DNA from: a virus
Taxonomy: Duplodnaviria > Heunggongvirae > Uroviricota > Caudoviricetes
Virus record (IMG/VR): IMGVR_UViG_2579778871_000002
Strand: one strand, 5' to 3'
DNA length: 63,419 bases
Shown here one piece after another: positions 19,196 through 28,543 of the stretch. How positions within the stretch are numbered: position 1 is the stretch's first letter; each line of letters opens with the position of its first letter. The notes below the pieces were generated by a model. It saw only the letters and a program-made list of their open reading frames with translations. It was not told the origin of the DNA and searched no databases. The position numbers and the translations under genes are program-made.

Positions 19196-20923
19196 TTACT
19201 CAGAGTCACCGGCATCAATCGTGTCGCCGCTTATGAAGTTAAGCCCGCCTTTTTTGGCCATTGTCAGCGTTACACGAGTGAAGTAATCAGCGCCGTTGCG
19301 TGGGTGCATATCGTTGATAGCCGAACCCCACAGTGTGGTACGGTTGACCAGCGCCGGAGTGGTCGGATGCTGGAACGGGATAGCCGGGACAGCATCACCA
19401 GTCACGAAGCCTGCTTTACCCGGATTTTCATCACGGACGTAGCACAGCACATCCATCGAGCTGAACTGAATGTTCTCTGTCGTTAAGTTCTTACAAATAC
19501 CAGCAGGTACTTCGTACACTTTCACGTTACCGAACAGGGTACCGATGTAGTGAACATACGGAGTCTGGATATAGTCTTCGGCTGGCTGGAAGAAATCCTT
19601 CGGCAACTGTTTGAAGAAAGATGCTGCATCAGCACCAGCAAACATTCCCATCGCACCAGAAGATTTAACGCGCTCAATAATGTCGCGATATACAGTCTGG
19701 AATTTGCCACGAATGATGGTTGCCCATACATCAAAGGACTGGTTAACCGGCAGAGCGATGTCAAAGGTGTCGGTCGCAAGAGTGCGCCAGATCATGATGC
19801 GAAGACGCAGCATATCCTGTTCATGAGACAGGTATTCTTTCAGGGTGCGGAACTGTAGGGAACCCAGGTCCAGACCAAATTCACGCTGTGCTTCATACGC
19901 CGCCTGTACCGTGTGCTCAGCCGCGATAACGAACTGACTTGGGAACAGGGTGTATTTCTTCATTTCGTGGTTGATCAGCGGGATCAGCTCAGGAGCGGCT
20001 TCAATATTGATTTCCGTCTCAATTGCGATCTCAGTGCCTTTATCCGGCGCTTTGGAGAACGACAGGGCAATCTGACCAATGTTGTAGTTCAGAGAGCAGG
20101 TAACAGTGATTTGCTCACCAGCAGCATTAGTAAACGAGTGAAGTAGGCTGCCGGAACCGTTATCAACAACAGACTTAATACGGTTAACGTAGATGTTAGT
20201 GCGACCTTTTCGGATTGGTACATTCTGGCCTTCGAAGTCTTCCATCTTGAAGGTTGCGGTTTTGCTAGTGCCATCGGAGCTTGCCACCAGCACATAGCGG
20301 CGACGTAACTGGCTGTACACACCGACGGATTGCATGTCCAGAACATCACCAGCAGCATAAGAACCAAAAGAGGAACCTGCCACGTTAAAGACTTCATAGA
20401 TGTCGGACTGGTCACGCGTAACCGGAATGAAGGTACACGCATCAGCGGTAGCTGCCCCCAACTGAACAGGCAGGATCATCGCGAGGAATAAAGGCAGACG
20501 CATAACACCGTCAGAAACGCTCATCATCTCTGCTGCGACGGATTCCAGCATCGCTTTATTAGTGGCATCCATGCTATTGCGGGTGGACTCAATCAGGCAG
20601 TTTTCCAGCGTCTGGTGGCAGGAGGCCAGAATTTCCGGACGCGGCATAGATTTATGTGCTGCGGCGTAGTCAGCCAGTGCACTTGCCCACGCTGTAGCGA
20701 TTTGAGCGGTGGCATTATCAGAGATACCCGCAAAAACCGGGTCTTTACGTGCAGCTTCAAGGATAGATGCGGCACGCGCGGCATCATCTTTAATGAATTG
20801 GTTATCAGTACCGAACTGCGCAGTGCTTGCCCAGCCAAGCACAGCTTTAGAGCGTTTTGCGATATCTGCAATACGATTCTGGTATTCGCGTAAGTTACTC
20901 AATTTACTCTTCCTTAAACACAA
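19196..20923 (-). CDS. major head (capsid) protein candidate
   Basis: 575 aa, immediately adjacent to parS as recalled for P1 gene 23. Confidence 0.5.
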   Translation of the reverse strand: MCLRKSKLSNLREYQNRIADIAKRSKAVLGWASTAQFGTDNQFIKDDAARAASILEAARKDPVFAGISDNATAQIATAWASALADYAAAHKSMPRPEILASCHQTLENCLIESTRNSMDATNKAMLESVAAEMMSVSDGVMRLPLFLAMILPVQLGAATADACTFIPVTRDQSDIYEVFNVAGSSFGSYAAGDVLDMQSVGVYSQLRRRYVLVASSDGTSKTATFKMEDFEGQNVPIRKGRTNIYVNRIKSVVDNGSGSLLHSFTNAAGEQITVTCSLNYNIGQIALSFSKAPDKGTEIAIETEINIEAAPELIPLINHEMKKYTLFPSQFVIAAEHTVQAAYEAQREFGLDLGSLQFRTLKEYLSHEQDMLRLRIMIWRTLATDTFDIALPVNQSFDVWATIIRGKFQTVYRDIIERVKSSGAMGMFAGADAASFFKQLPKDFFQPAEDYIQTPYVHYIGTLFGNVKVYEVPAGICKNLTTENIQFSSMDVLCYVRDENPGKAGFVTGDAVPAIPFQHPTTPALVNRTTLWGSAINDMHPRNGADYFTRVTLTMAKKGGLNFISGDTIDAGDSE

Positions 20924-21037
20924 GGCACTTGTGTGAATCCCTTTTCGGAAGAGATTTTATTGAAAGTCACTTGTTGACTTTCTCGTGACAAGCAATTTTT
21001 TTATTTTTTTCGGGAGGAGGGGAGGAAGGTAAAATCC

Positions 21038-21125
21038 AAGGTGAAATCGTGGCGATTTCACCTTGAAATTTTAGAAGTATTTACTTTAAAAACAGTAATT
21101 TAATGGTGAAATTTGAATGGCGAAA
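21038..21125. other. parS: parS partition site
   Basis: Heptamer ATTTCAC/GTGAAAT (x3) and hexamer TGGCGA (x2) boxes flanking an AT-rich bend region, just downstream of parB. Confidence 0.7.
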
Positions 21126-21127
21126 GT

Positions 21128-22129
21128 TTAAGGCTTCGGCTTTTTATCGAGGCTCTTTCTAAGGATATGCCCAATCATCCTGTCGAGTTCTTCCTGTAAC
21201 TCTTTTGAGAGTCGATTAAACTCATAAGAAAATGCACGGCCTTTCACGCGCTTCCTTGCAAAGCGATCCTTGTCCTCAAATTTCCATAATTCAGTAACTA
21301 CGGACTTATCTTTAGAACCTTTATCCGTGAGTAGTGAGGCTTCCTTTGTTATCAAGCGCAAGATTTTATTTTTAACTTCATCTTCGGCCATTTCTTCAAT
21401 GGATAAGATGTCGTTTATTTCCGGGGATATGTTTTGAATAAGCTGATCAAACTCTAAATTCTTGTTCCCCATTTCGTCGCCAACAGCACAAAGCGTTTTG
21501 TAGTCCGAAAAGGTTAATTCCGACTGCACAGGGAAAAGGGCGACTAATTCTTCTGGAGCACTCGCTGCCTGGAGAGCACGTGTGACCTTCGCCTGAGATA
21601 GCCCTTCCTTGGCTGCAATATCCTTCTGACTCATCCCATCATTTTTCATTCGCATCAAACGCAGACCTATTTCTCGAATGCTGTGCTGCAATGCTGTCTG
21701 AACGTCTTTCGCTAAATTTTGCGCTTCCTGAACGCTGATCTCCTGGTCCGTGACTAAAACCCGCAACCCTACGTTCTCTAAGATGGCAGAAGCTCGACGC
21801 CGGGAACCATCCAAAATTTCAATTTTCCCTGTAGCACGTCTAACACCTATTGCAGGATAAAATTGCTGATGCTTAATAGTGCTTCGGATACTTTTTAATG
21901 ATTTTGGCGTAAGAGATGCCTGGTCACGACCGTTGTTATGCTGATCAACAAAGGTATCGCTTTCTACCTGATTCGGAGGTATTACCTCTTCAATAAATGT
22001 GGCCTGGCGACCTGTTGATAACTTGAATACCTGCTCGACTCGATCGCCAGAGGCTGAAGAACTATCAAATCCGCTTAATATTGAAGGATTAAGGGTTCGC
22101 CCAATTGTTGGTCTGTTTTTCTTTGACAT
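21128..22129 (-). CDS. parB: partition protein ParB
   Basis: 333 aa; sequence and length match recalled P1 ParB; downstream of parA. Confidence 0.85.
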   Translation of the reverse strand: MSKKNRPTIGRTLNPSILSGFDSSSASGDRVEQVFKLSTGRQATFIEEVIPPNQVESDTFVDQHNNGRDQASLTPKSLKSIRSTIKHQQFYPAIGVRRATGKIEILDGSRRRASAILENVGLRVLVTDQEISVQEAQNLAKDVQTALQHSIREIGLRLMRMKNDGMSQKDIAAKEGLSQAKVTRALQAASAPEELVALFPVQSELTFSDYKTLCAVGDEMGNKNLEFDQLIQNISPEINDILSIEEMAEDEVKNKILRLITKEASLLTDKGSKDKSVVTELWKFEDKDRFARKRVKGRAFSYEFNRLSKELQEELDRMIGHILRKSLDKKPKP

Positions 22130-22145
22130 GGGGGTTTCTTACTCC

Positions 22146-23342
22146 TCAGTTAGATCTGATAAATTCAATACGGTCAAAAACTGCTTTAGCAAAATCTTCC
22201 GCGGCAATTCGCGCGTTCTTCAATGCATCAGCACTACCAACATACGTTGCCGGGTTAGCTGAAATAACAGTGTCAAAAGACTCGCCGCAGCGTTCAAAAC
22301 CGTCAAGGCGAGGGAGGACGACATCAAGCATATCCCCACCAAACACTTCTTTAGCCAGGCTATGGCAATACTTATGGTCTGCCTTGTTACTCAACTTGGA
22401 CATAAAACCAATGTTAGTCGCAAGCTGGCACTCGCAGCCTTCATCCGAAATGAGTTTCACCAACTCAGGAAGGCGGGCAACGTATTTAAGCGATGAGTGG
22501 AAATCAACCGTTGCAGGCGGCAGAGGTGTAAACAGTATATTGGCCGAGGCCAAAGCATTTTTCAGGAAGGCGTCAAGGTGAGGACCACTATCAACGAGGA
22601 TAAAGTCATAATCGCTCTTCAGCTTATCAATCACATTTTCTTTCAGGACAGCATGGATGTTCTGACCCGGTAGATGCTCATTGCACAGCTCTCTCCAATC
22701 GGATGCAATAAAGGCATCGTCAATCGACGCAGGCATAACGTCAACCCCAGGTACAACAGAAGGAACAATAAACTCCTCTAACAGCTCTTCACGGCTTACA
22801 TTCTGCAACATAGCCTGTGCAGATGTTGCGTTTACGATACCAATAGAGTGTTTATGGCTTAAAAACATCGTCGCTGAAGATTGCGGATCAAGGTCAATAA
22901 CCAGAATCCTTAAATCTTCCATCAGAAGATGAGGGTGGGCACGCATTGCATGCGCCAGAGAAACCGTCGATACAGTTTTTGACACACCGCCTTTAAGATT
23001 GGAGATGAAAATCACATACGCTTCGCTGTAGCGATCCCGGTATTTTGGCACTCCGCGATGTTCATATATGTCAATGATGTTCTGAATTGACATCGCATAT
23101 TTCATTGAAGAGCCAGCAGGGCGTTTATCAAAAACATAACCCTTTTCTTCCATTTCACTTACGGCATAGTCAACGTTCGCTCGAGTCAGTAGAGGCAATT
23201 TTGCCAGTGCCGCTTTCGCATAGACCTGGTAAAACTCGTTCGCGTGTAGCTCATCCTTTTGCAACTGTACTTGTTCAGTCAGAACATTGAGCATTCTGTT
23301 TGCTCTTTGAGCAACCTTGTGAAGCTGGCTGGAATCACTCAT
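22146..23342 (-). CDS. parA: partition ATPase ParA
   Basis: 398 aa; deviant Walker A KGGVSKT; N-terminal HTH extension; matches recalled P1 ParA. Confidence 0.85.
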   Translation of the reverse strand: MSDSSQLHKVAQRANRMLNVLTEQVQLQKDELHANEFYQVYAKAALAKLPLLTRANVDYAVSEMEEKGYVFDKRPAGSSMKYAMSIQNIIDIYEHRGVPKYRDRYSEAYVIFISNLKGGVSKTVSTVSLAHAMRAHPHLLMEDLRILVIDLDPQSSATMFLSHKHSIGIVNATSAQAMLQNVSREELLEEFIVPSVVPGVDVMPASIDDAFIASDWRELCNEHLPGQNIHAVLKENVIDKLKSDYDFILVDSGPHLDAFLKNALASANILFTPLPPATVDFHSSLKYVARLPELVKLISDEGCECQLATNIGFMSKLSNKADHKYCHSLAKEVFGGDMLDVVLPRLDGFERCGESFDTVISANPATYVGSADALKNARIAAEDFAKAVFDRIEFIRSN

Positions 23343-23379
23343 CGAAAGTCATCCTTTATGCTGTATTTTTGAATTTAAT

Positions 23380-23415
23380 TAAAAATGCTACATAAAATAA
23401 TAATGTATGCGCAGA
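23380..23415. promoter_or_regulatory. par operon promoter/operator region
   Basis: AT-rich region with imperfect inverted repeat GCTACAT...ATGTATGC upstream of parA start. Confidence 0.35.
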
Positions 23416-23613
23416 TGCTTGTACATAGCATTCTCTGCATGTTTACTCCTTTGCCAGGTGTGTCACAACATGCTTTGGCATCCTCCCGCATAAACGACGC
23501 GGATTTCTTCTACGTTCAGGTTGTAGCCTGAATCATTTTGGTGATTTCCTGCTTCAACGGGCAGCAAGGCTTCACTCTCTATCAACTGGTGAGAACGGCT
23601 TGCCCGGCAGCAT

Positions 23614-23900
23614 CGATGTGTGCTGGAGGGAGAATAAAAGTCTAAGATGTGCGATAGAGGGAAGTCGCATTGAATTATGTGCTGTGGAGGGATCGCTGGT
23701 ATCAAATATGTGTGCTGGAGGGAAAGGCAGATAATTACATGTGCACTGGAGGGAAAAACGGATGGACAGATGTGTGCTGGAGGGAAAGTCTGGGCAAACT
23801 GCGGGGCGTCCCCCTCCAGCGCACATCAAAAACGGGAAACTGGACAAGCCTTCCCGGCAGCACACATTTTTTGAATGCAGCTGCCCTCCAGCACACACTT
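23614..23900. repeat. incA iteron array (9 copies of 19-bp RepA-binding repeat, 6 direct then 3 inverted)
   Basis: Core TGTGCTGGAGGGA / TCCCTCCAGCACA counted by eye at about 23614, 23646, 23675, 23706, 23738, 23768, 23806, 23846, 23881. Confidence 0.8.
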
Positions 23901-24759
23901 ATTCGGGGAGTTTCAGCTTTGGATTGCGAGAATGGACGATTACAAAACTTTCCCGGCCTTTCTTCTCAATTGAACAGTCGAGATAGCCGATTGTTTTAAG
24001 CTGTTCTATCGCTTTCTTAATGATACGGTTTTGCTCGCCAACAGCTGACTGCAAAGCCAGGCGCTCACGGATTCGCGCGAACGATAGCGGCAACGGGTTC
24101 TGCGGAAGGCTTTCGATAAAAGTGTAAATGGCTTGTGCTGCTTCTTTCTTCGGAAGGGCACGCAAGGCGTGGTGCTGCAACAGGACGCGATAATCAAGCT
24201 GGAACAGCTCCCACAGCTTCGAGTCGGCTTCCAGCTCGATCAGATCGAGGTCAGCATCGAAACGTCCGACCTTCAACAGACCAGTCTGGTAGCCACCTTT
24301 AGCATCTTTTCCGCGCTTAAAAGCGATACCCTTGTTACGCAAGCGTCCAAGTGATTCATGAATGGTTAAACGCAGTTTCGCATCCAGACGTTTTGAGGGG
24401 AAACCACAGGCTTTAGCGAATTCCTGAAACGATAACTGGATGGTGTTTGAGGACAAGCCGTATTTGCTGAACGCGTAGATAACACCGATCCACGTTTTGA
24501 AATCAGTATCCATATCGAGTCGAGGACCGGTGATTTTAATGTCATCGTAACCTTCTGCTTTAGCTATCTCCAGCTGGGAAAACGCTTTGGTGGCATCAAT
24601 CTCTTTACTTTCTCCTTTGCTCTTTGATGGCTTCGGCACGAATACCCCCAAGCGCATCAACGCTACAGGCTGCACAGTGTTGTTTGAATTAACTGTTAGT
24701 TCTTTTGCCTTACTTTCAATGTCTGCGTAAAGAATATCGGAGATAAAAGATTGATTCAT
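23899..24759 (-). CDS. repA: plasmid replication initiator RepA
   Basis: 286 aa flanked by iteron arrays; matches recalled P1 RepA. Confidence 0.85.
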   Translation of the reverse strand: MNQSFISDILYADIESKAKELTVNSNNTVQPVALMRLGVFVPKPSKSKGESKEIDATKAFSQLEIAKAEGYDDIKITGPRLDMDTDFKTWIGVIYAFSKYGLSSNTIQLSFQEFAKACGFPSKRLDAKLRLTIHESLGRLRNKGIAFKRGKDAKGGYQTGLLKVGRFDADLDLIELEADSKLWELFQLDYRVLLQHHALRALPKKEAAQAIYTFIESLPQNPLPLSFARIRERLALQSAVGEQNRIIKKAIEQLKTIGYLDCSIEKKGRESFVIVHSRNPKLKLPE

Positions 24760-24795
24760 ATTACTTTTTCCGAATTATGTGGATAGTTTTCATAA

Positions 24796-24900
24796 GTGAT
24801 GATAACTACCCAGGCTTTCCCGTCAGCACACATCCTATATCCCGCCAGCACACATTAGCAACCCGTCAGCACACATTTTTATCCCGCCAGCACACATCGT
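24796..24900. repeat. incC iteron array (5 direct iterons) upstream of repA
   Basis: Five copies of CCCG(C/T)CAGCACACAT spaced about 21-22 bp. Confidence 0.8.
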
Positions 24901-25025
24901 TTTCCCTCCAGCACACATCGCGATACACTTCTAGGCCAGACGTGGCGCGGCCTGCAACGATCAGGGATCTATATGGATCTAATTGGGATCTGTATGGACC
25001 TAATTATTGGATCTATCCAGTGGAT
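24900..25025. other. plasmid replication origin (oriR) with GATC cluster and DnaA box
   Basis: Five GATC sites within about 60 bp (24947-25002) and TTATCCACT (minus strand, about 25007-25017). Confidence 0.7.
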
Positions 25026-25077
25026 AATGTGGGTAAGTGAAAAACCGGCCAACAAAGCCGGTTGGAAGGAAGCCGTA

Positions 25078-25470
25078 TTATTCTACGCTTTCGATGAGAA
25101 GGCCATGTTCATAACACTTAAGCTCATCGCCTTCGTACAGGAATTGGTATCCAATACCACCATTTTCATGGACATTAGGGAATAACTCATAACTCACTGA
25201 AGAGCAAATCACACCAATGCAGCGATCAACGCCTTCTCGTTCTTCAGTGCTAAAAAAATCCTCTTCGGTAAGAACATGAGTACATTGCTCATCAGCATAG
25301 GTCGGAAATACATGCTCGATGCAATCCGGGTGTTTTAAACCAAGCTGATCGGCAAGCTCGAAAGCATGACGGTATTGTTCAGATCCTGGCTTGCCAACAG
25401 TGATGTGCTCAATTTTGTAGATTGAAGTCGCTTTGTTGATAATTTGCTTTACTGTTACTTTATCAGACAT
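25078..25470 (-). CDS. hypothetical protein
   Basis: 130-aa ORF. Confidence 0.4.
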   Translation of the reverse strand: MSDKVTVKQIINKATSIYKIEHITVGKPGSEQYRHAFELADQLGLKHPDCIEHVFPTYADEQCTHVLTEEDFFSTEEREGVDRCIGVICSSVSYELFPNVHENGGIGYQFLYEGDELKCYEHGLLIESVE

Positions 25471-25481
25471 AAAAATCCCTT

Positions 25482-25814
25482 TTAGTTACCGCTGATAGCG
25501 CGGTTGTAATCATTAACGTTGCGATTCTTCCTGTTAATCCCCATCAGCATCGTTTCTATATCGAGGATATACGCTGGCAGATCATCAAAATATTCACTGC
25601 TAAACTCTGGCATCCTGCACATAAACGCACTTTTGGGGGCAGGGTGGTTAACCTTTGTCGGCGTCGGCGTTAAATTCGCTGATCGACTCCCGGAGCAACC
25701 GCTGAGTGTCAGCAGGAATACGCTGGCGAACATTACCCGCCGCAACCAGTTGTTTCTGAACTTCAGCTTTTCGTTCCATTTGCCTGTCAGCATACTTGGC
25801 TTGCTCTGATTCAT
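25482..25814 (-). CDS. small lipoprotein (probable start at TTG about 25745 giving MRRVMFASVFLLTLSGC)
   Basis: Lipobox LTLSGC after hydrophobic segment. Confidence 0.5.
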   Translation of the reverse strand: MNQSKPSMLTGKWNEKLKFRNNWLRRVMFASVFLLTLSGCSGSRSANLTPTPTKVNHPAPKSAFMCRMPEFSSEYFDDLPAYILDIETMLMGINRKNRNVNDYNRAISGN

Positions 25815-26097
25815 TTTTCACTTCCTGGCTGTGAAAATGTTGATCTGCTTTGTTCATCGTCTCAATGGTCTGGTTAAGATCCATTATTGACTTATCACGT
25901 TCCTTAACAGCCTGATCAAGACTGCCAATTTTCTCCATGGCTTGCTTTAGCTGATGACGTTCCCATGCAAACCCAGCACCAACAAGTGCGCAAATCAGAA
26001 CAAGAACACCAGTAGCAGCAAGTTTCTCCTTCAAAGACAAAGCTGTTTTTAACGTAGAAAAGAATGACATGTCTTCCTCCTGAAGAAAAATTATCAA
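25648..26097 (-). CDS. membrane-anchored coiled-coil protein
   Basis: 149 aa, N-terminal TM helix (GVLVLICALVGAGFAW); 3' end overlaps the lipoprotein gene. Confidence 0.4.
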   Translation of the reverse strand: MIIFLQEEDMSFFSTLKTALSLKEKLAATGVLVLICALVGAGFAWERHQLKQAMEKIGSLDQAVKERDKSIMDLNQTIETMNKADQHFHSQEVKNESEQAKYADRQMERKAEVQKQLVAAGNVRQRIPADTQRLLRESISEFNADADKG

Positions 26098-26109
26098 TGA
26101 AGTCCTTTG

Positions 26110-26955
26110 TTACTGTGCCACTTTGTTTAATTCATCAAGAACAGAATCAGGAACCAAAGCGGCGACTGCGCTGGCTGTGCTGGCCTTGTTTGCTGATGCT
26201 TCAGCAAGCGCGGTACCGATAGCATGGTTATAAGCAGTTATGGCTACGTTGGCGCTTTCATTCGCTCGTTCATACTGCTGTTGTAACGCAGTTGTGGGCG
26301 CTGTTGTCTGGTTGAAAACAACCCCAAACTGTTCAGTTGCTACTTTCAGAGATTCAATTTGTTCTTCTGTTAGTGCTGGTGGGGGAGTGGCAGTTCCGCC
26401 GCCTGAACCAGAGCCTGACGAGCTTCCTGAGCCAGTGTTAAGGGTCTGGTTAATCTCCCCCATAGCAGCGACTAAACTTGATGTATTAAGCGCGTTAACA
26501 GCGTCCTCAAGCGATTTAGTAATATTCACATCACCAATGGCAATAGAGATCGGCAGTTCTGATACTTCTCGCTCATTAGCACGGCAGTAAACATCCCAAC
26601 CAATATCGAGTTGAAGCAGCATTGACAGATCTGCATAACCAGCCAACAGGTCCGCGTGCTTAGTTGCCAGTTCTCCAATGTTCGTTAAGCCGGTTATGGT
26701 TGTTCTGATCGTTGAAACATAGCTGGTAATAGTGTCGGGATAGACAATTGTATCCAAAATTAATCCGGTCAATTCTTCTGCAAGCTGTTTTGCCGTGTTA
26801 GCACTGTTTCGTGCCGATGTTATGGCACCAGGTGTTTTCATCCCACCGGCGGCGGCCAATTTTTTATATGCGGATAACTGGTAGTCTTTTTCCAGCATGA
26901 TATCTCCTAACTTACCTGAACCAGGCCGTCTCCTGATGCTACGGTAGAGCCGCAT
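26110..26955 (-). CDS. hypothetical protein with Gly/Ser-rich linker
   Basis: 281 aa; GSGSSSGSGSGGG linker. Confidence 0.4.
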   Translation of the reverse strand: MRLYRSIRRRPGSGKLGDIMLEKDYQLSAYKKLAAAGGMKTPGAITSARNSANTAKQLAEELTGLILDTIVYPDTITSYVSTIRTTITGLTNIGELATKHADLLAGYADLSMLLQLDIGWDVYCRANEREVSELPISIAIGDVNITKSLEDAVNALNTSSLVAAMGEINQTLNTGSGSSSGSGSGGGTATPPPALTEEQIESLKVATEQFGVVFNQTTAPTTALQQQYERANESANVAITAYNHAIGTALAEASANKASTASAVAALVPDSVLDELNKVAQ

Positions 26956-27191
26956 GAAACAGGGTCACCAACGCATACGACCCCTTTACCATTGACGGTA
27001 AACCATGCCCTGGTTGATATAGCTTGCCCACCGTGCGTACTGTTTCCATCGGTATGCTGTGCATATTGCTTACCATCAACTAACACTTCTACTCCGTTGA
27101 CTTTAAGTAGTGGTTCACTCTCTACAGGAGGCCTGGATGGGAATCCTCCGTGCCCCGAACAAATGCTGTCTTTTGTTGCAATACTTGCCAC
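26907..27191 (-). CDS. hypothetical small protein
   Basis: 94-aa ORF, first gene of the minus-strand cluster. Confidence 0.3.
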   Translation of the reverse strand: MASIATKDSICSGHGGFPSRPPVESEPLLKVNGVEVLVDGKQYAQHTDGNSTHGGQAISTRAWFTVNGKGVVCVGDPVSCGSTVASGDGLVQVS

Positions 27192-27272
27192 GTTATCACC
27201 AATGATTTGCTCTGATTTTCGTTATTTTAACTTAGGTTGTTTGTGGTCTACATGGCGTTTACTTATTGTAAA

Positions 27273-27289
27273 ATTGCTCTAATAAATAT
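27273..27289 (+). promoter_or_regulatory. C1 operator upstream of hrdC-dmt operon
   Basis: ATTGCTCTAATAAATAT 16/17. Confidence 0.7.
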
Positions 27290-27360
27290 TGTTTTTTATG
27301 TCGTGTTTTCGGTACCATTCAGCCATCGCCCTTCAATGGGCATTTGTTTGGAGTCGTCAG

Positions 27361-27645
27361 ATGCAGATGGAGCTAATAAGCCGCAAGGAGTTCGATAGCC
27401 GTGTAACCAGCGGTGAACTCGACAACTTGCAGGCTATCAAGGTGAAAGAAGGCTTTTGCCTCATTGGGAATCAGAGCGGAACAAATCGCGTTTTTATGCT
27501 TCGCCGTACGGATTTGAAGCCATTTGTCTGGAAGAACGAAATTGGTCCCAGCTCATACGCTCAAACGAGGGGGTGCCACAACCTGGCCTTTTTCTACAAA
27601 GACGAGCTTTCTGTGGTTGATATTCAAGGGTTACAACATGTTTAA
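27361..27645 (+). CDS. small hypothetical protein upstream of hrdC (start uncertain)
   Basis: Track ORF 27289..27645; internal Met chosen. Confidence 0.3.
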   Translation: MQMELISRKEFDSRVTSGELDNLQAIKVKEGFCLIGNQSGTNRVFMLRRTDLKPFVWKNEIGPSSYAQTRGCHNLAFFYKDELSVVDIQGLQHV

Positions 27646-28543
27646 GCACTGGAAAAACATTACTATTTATAAACTTTCTCGTGAGGCGGATCTGACCGAC
27701 TTAGAAGATAAAAAGAAAATGATCCTTTTCACGCCATGCGGTAGTCAGGATATGGCCAAGTTCGGTTTTGTATCGCCATTTGGTGATAATTCCGAAGTTA
27801 TCGCTATGCATGGAAATGGTTTTATCCTTGTTGAAGCAAAGCGCGAAACAAAAATTCTTCCCCCGCCGGTTATCCAGCGAGCTATTCAAGAAAAAATTGA
27901 AAAACTTGAGCAAGAACAAGCGCGTAAACTGAAGAAAACAGAGAAGGACTCCCTGAAAGACGAAGTTCTGCATTCTCTTCTGCCACGGGCTTTTTCAAAG
28001 TTTTCTGTTATCCAGGCGATCTACGACGGTTCAACTAAACGTATCTATATCAATGCCAGCGCGCGGCAGGCAGAGGATATGCTCGCGCTTATGCGTAAGT
28101 CTCTGGGTTCTCTTCCTGTTGTTCCCCTGAGTGTTGAAAATCCCATTGAATTAACGCTGACCGACTGGGTACGTGATGGTAGTGCTCCACAGGGATTTCA
28201 AATGGGGGATGCGGCAGAACTTAAGGCAGTGCTTGAGGATGGCGGTATTGCCCGGGTGAAAAAGCAGGATTTGGGAAGCGATGAAATTTCCACACACCTG
28301 GAAGCTGGCAAGCTCGTCACTAAGTTGGCACTCGACTGGCAGAACCGCATTAAATTTACACTGGACCATAACTTCAGCCTTACCAGCGTCAAATTTGCGG
28401 ATGAATTGCTTGAGCAGAACTCTGATATTGATAGTGAAGATGTTGCGCAGCGACTGGACGCAGATTTCTTCCTGTTGACCAGTGAAATTTCGTGCCTGGT
28501 TGATGCTCTGGTAAATGCCCTTGGTGGAGAGGCTAAGCAGTGA
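27638..28543 (+). CDS. hrdC: RdgC-like recombination-associated protein
   Basis: 302 aa from [16 protein letters not shown]...[17 protein letters not shown], matches recalled E. coli RdgC N-terminus. Confidence 0.75.
   Translation: MFKHWKNITIYKLSREADLTDLEDKKKMILFTPCGSQDMAKFGFVSPFGDNSEVIAMHGNGFILVEAKRETKILPPPVIQRAIQEKIEKLEQEQARKLKKTEKDSLKDEVLHSLLPRAFSKFSVIQAIYDGSTKRIYINASARQAEDMLALMRKSLGSLPVVPLSVENPIELTLTDWVRDGSAPQGFQMGDAAELKAVLEDGGIARVKKQDLGSDEISTHLEAGKLVTKLALDWQNRIKFTLDHNFSLTSVKFADELLEQNSDIDSEDVAQRLDADFFLLTSEISCLVDALVNALGGEAKQ

Noticed and set aside
23614-24900. Possible CRISPR array (short repeats around repA)
   Set aside because: Repeats are 19-bp iterons with irregular spacing and mixed orientation flanking a replication initiator gene; no cas genes, no regular repeat-spacer periodicity
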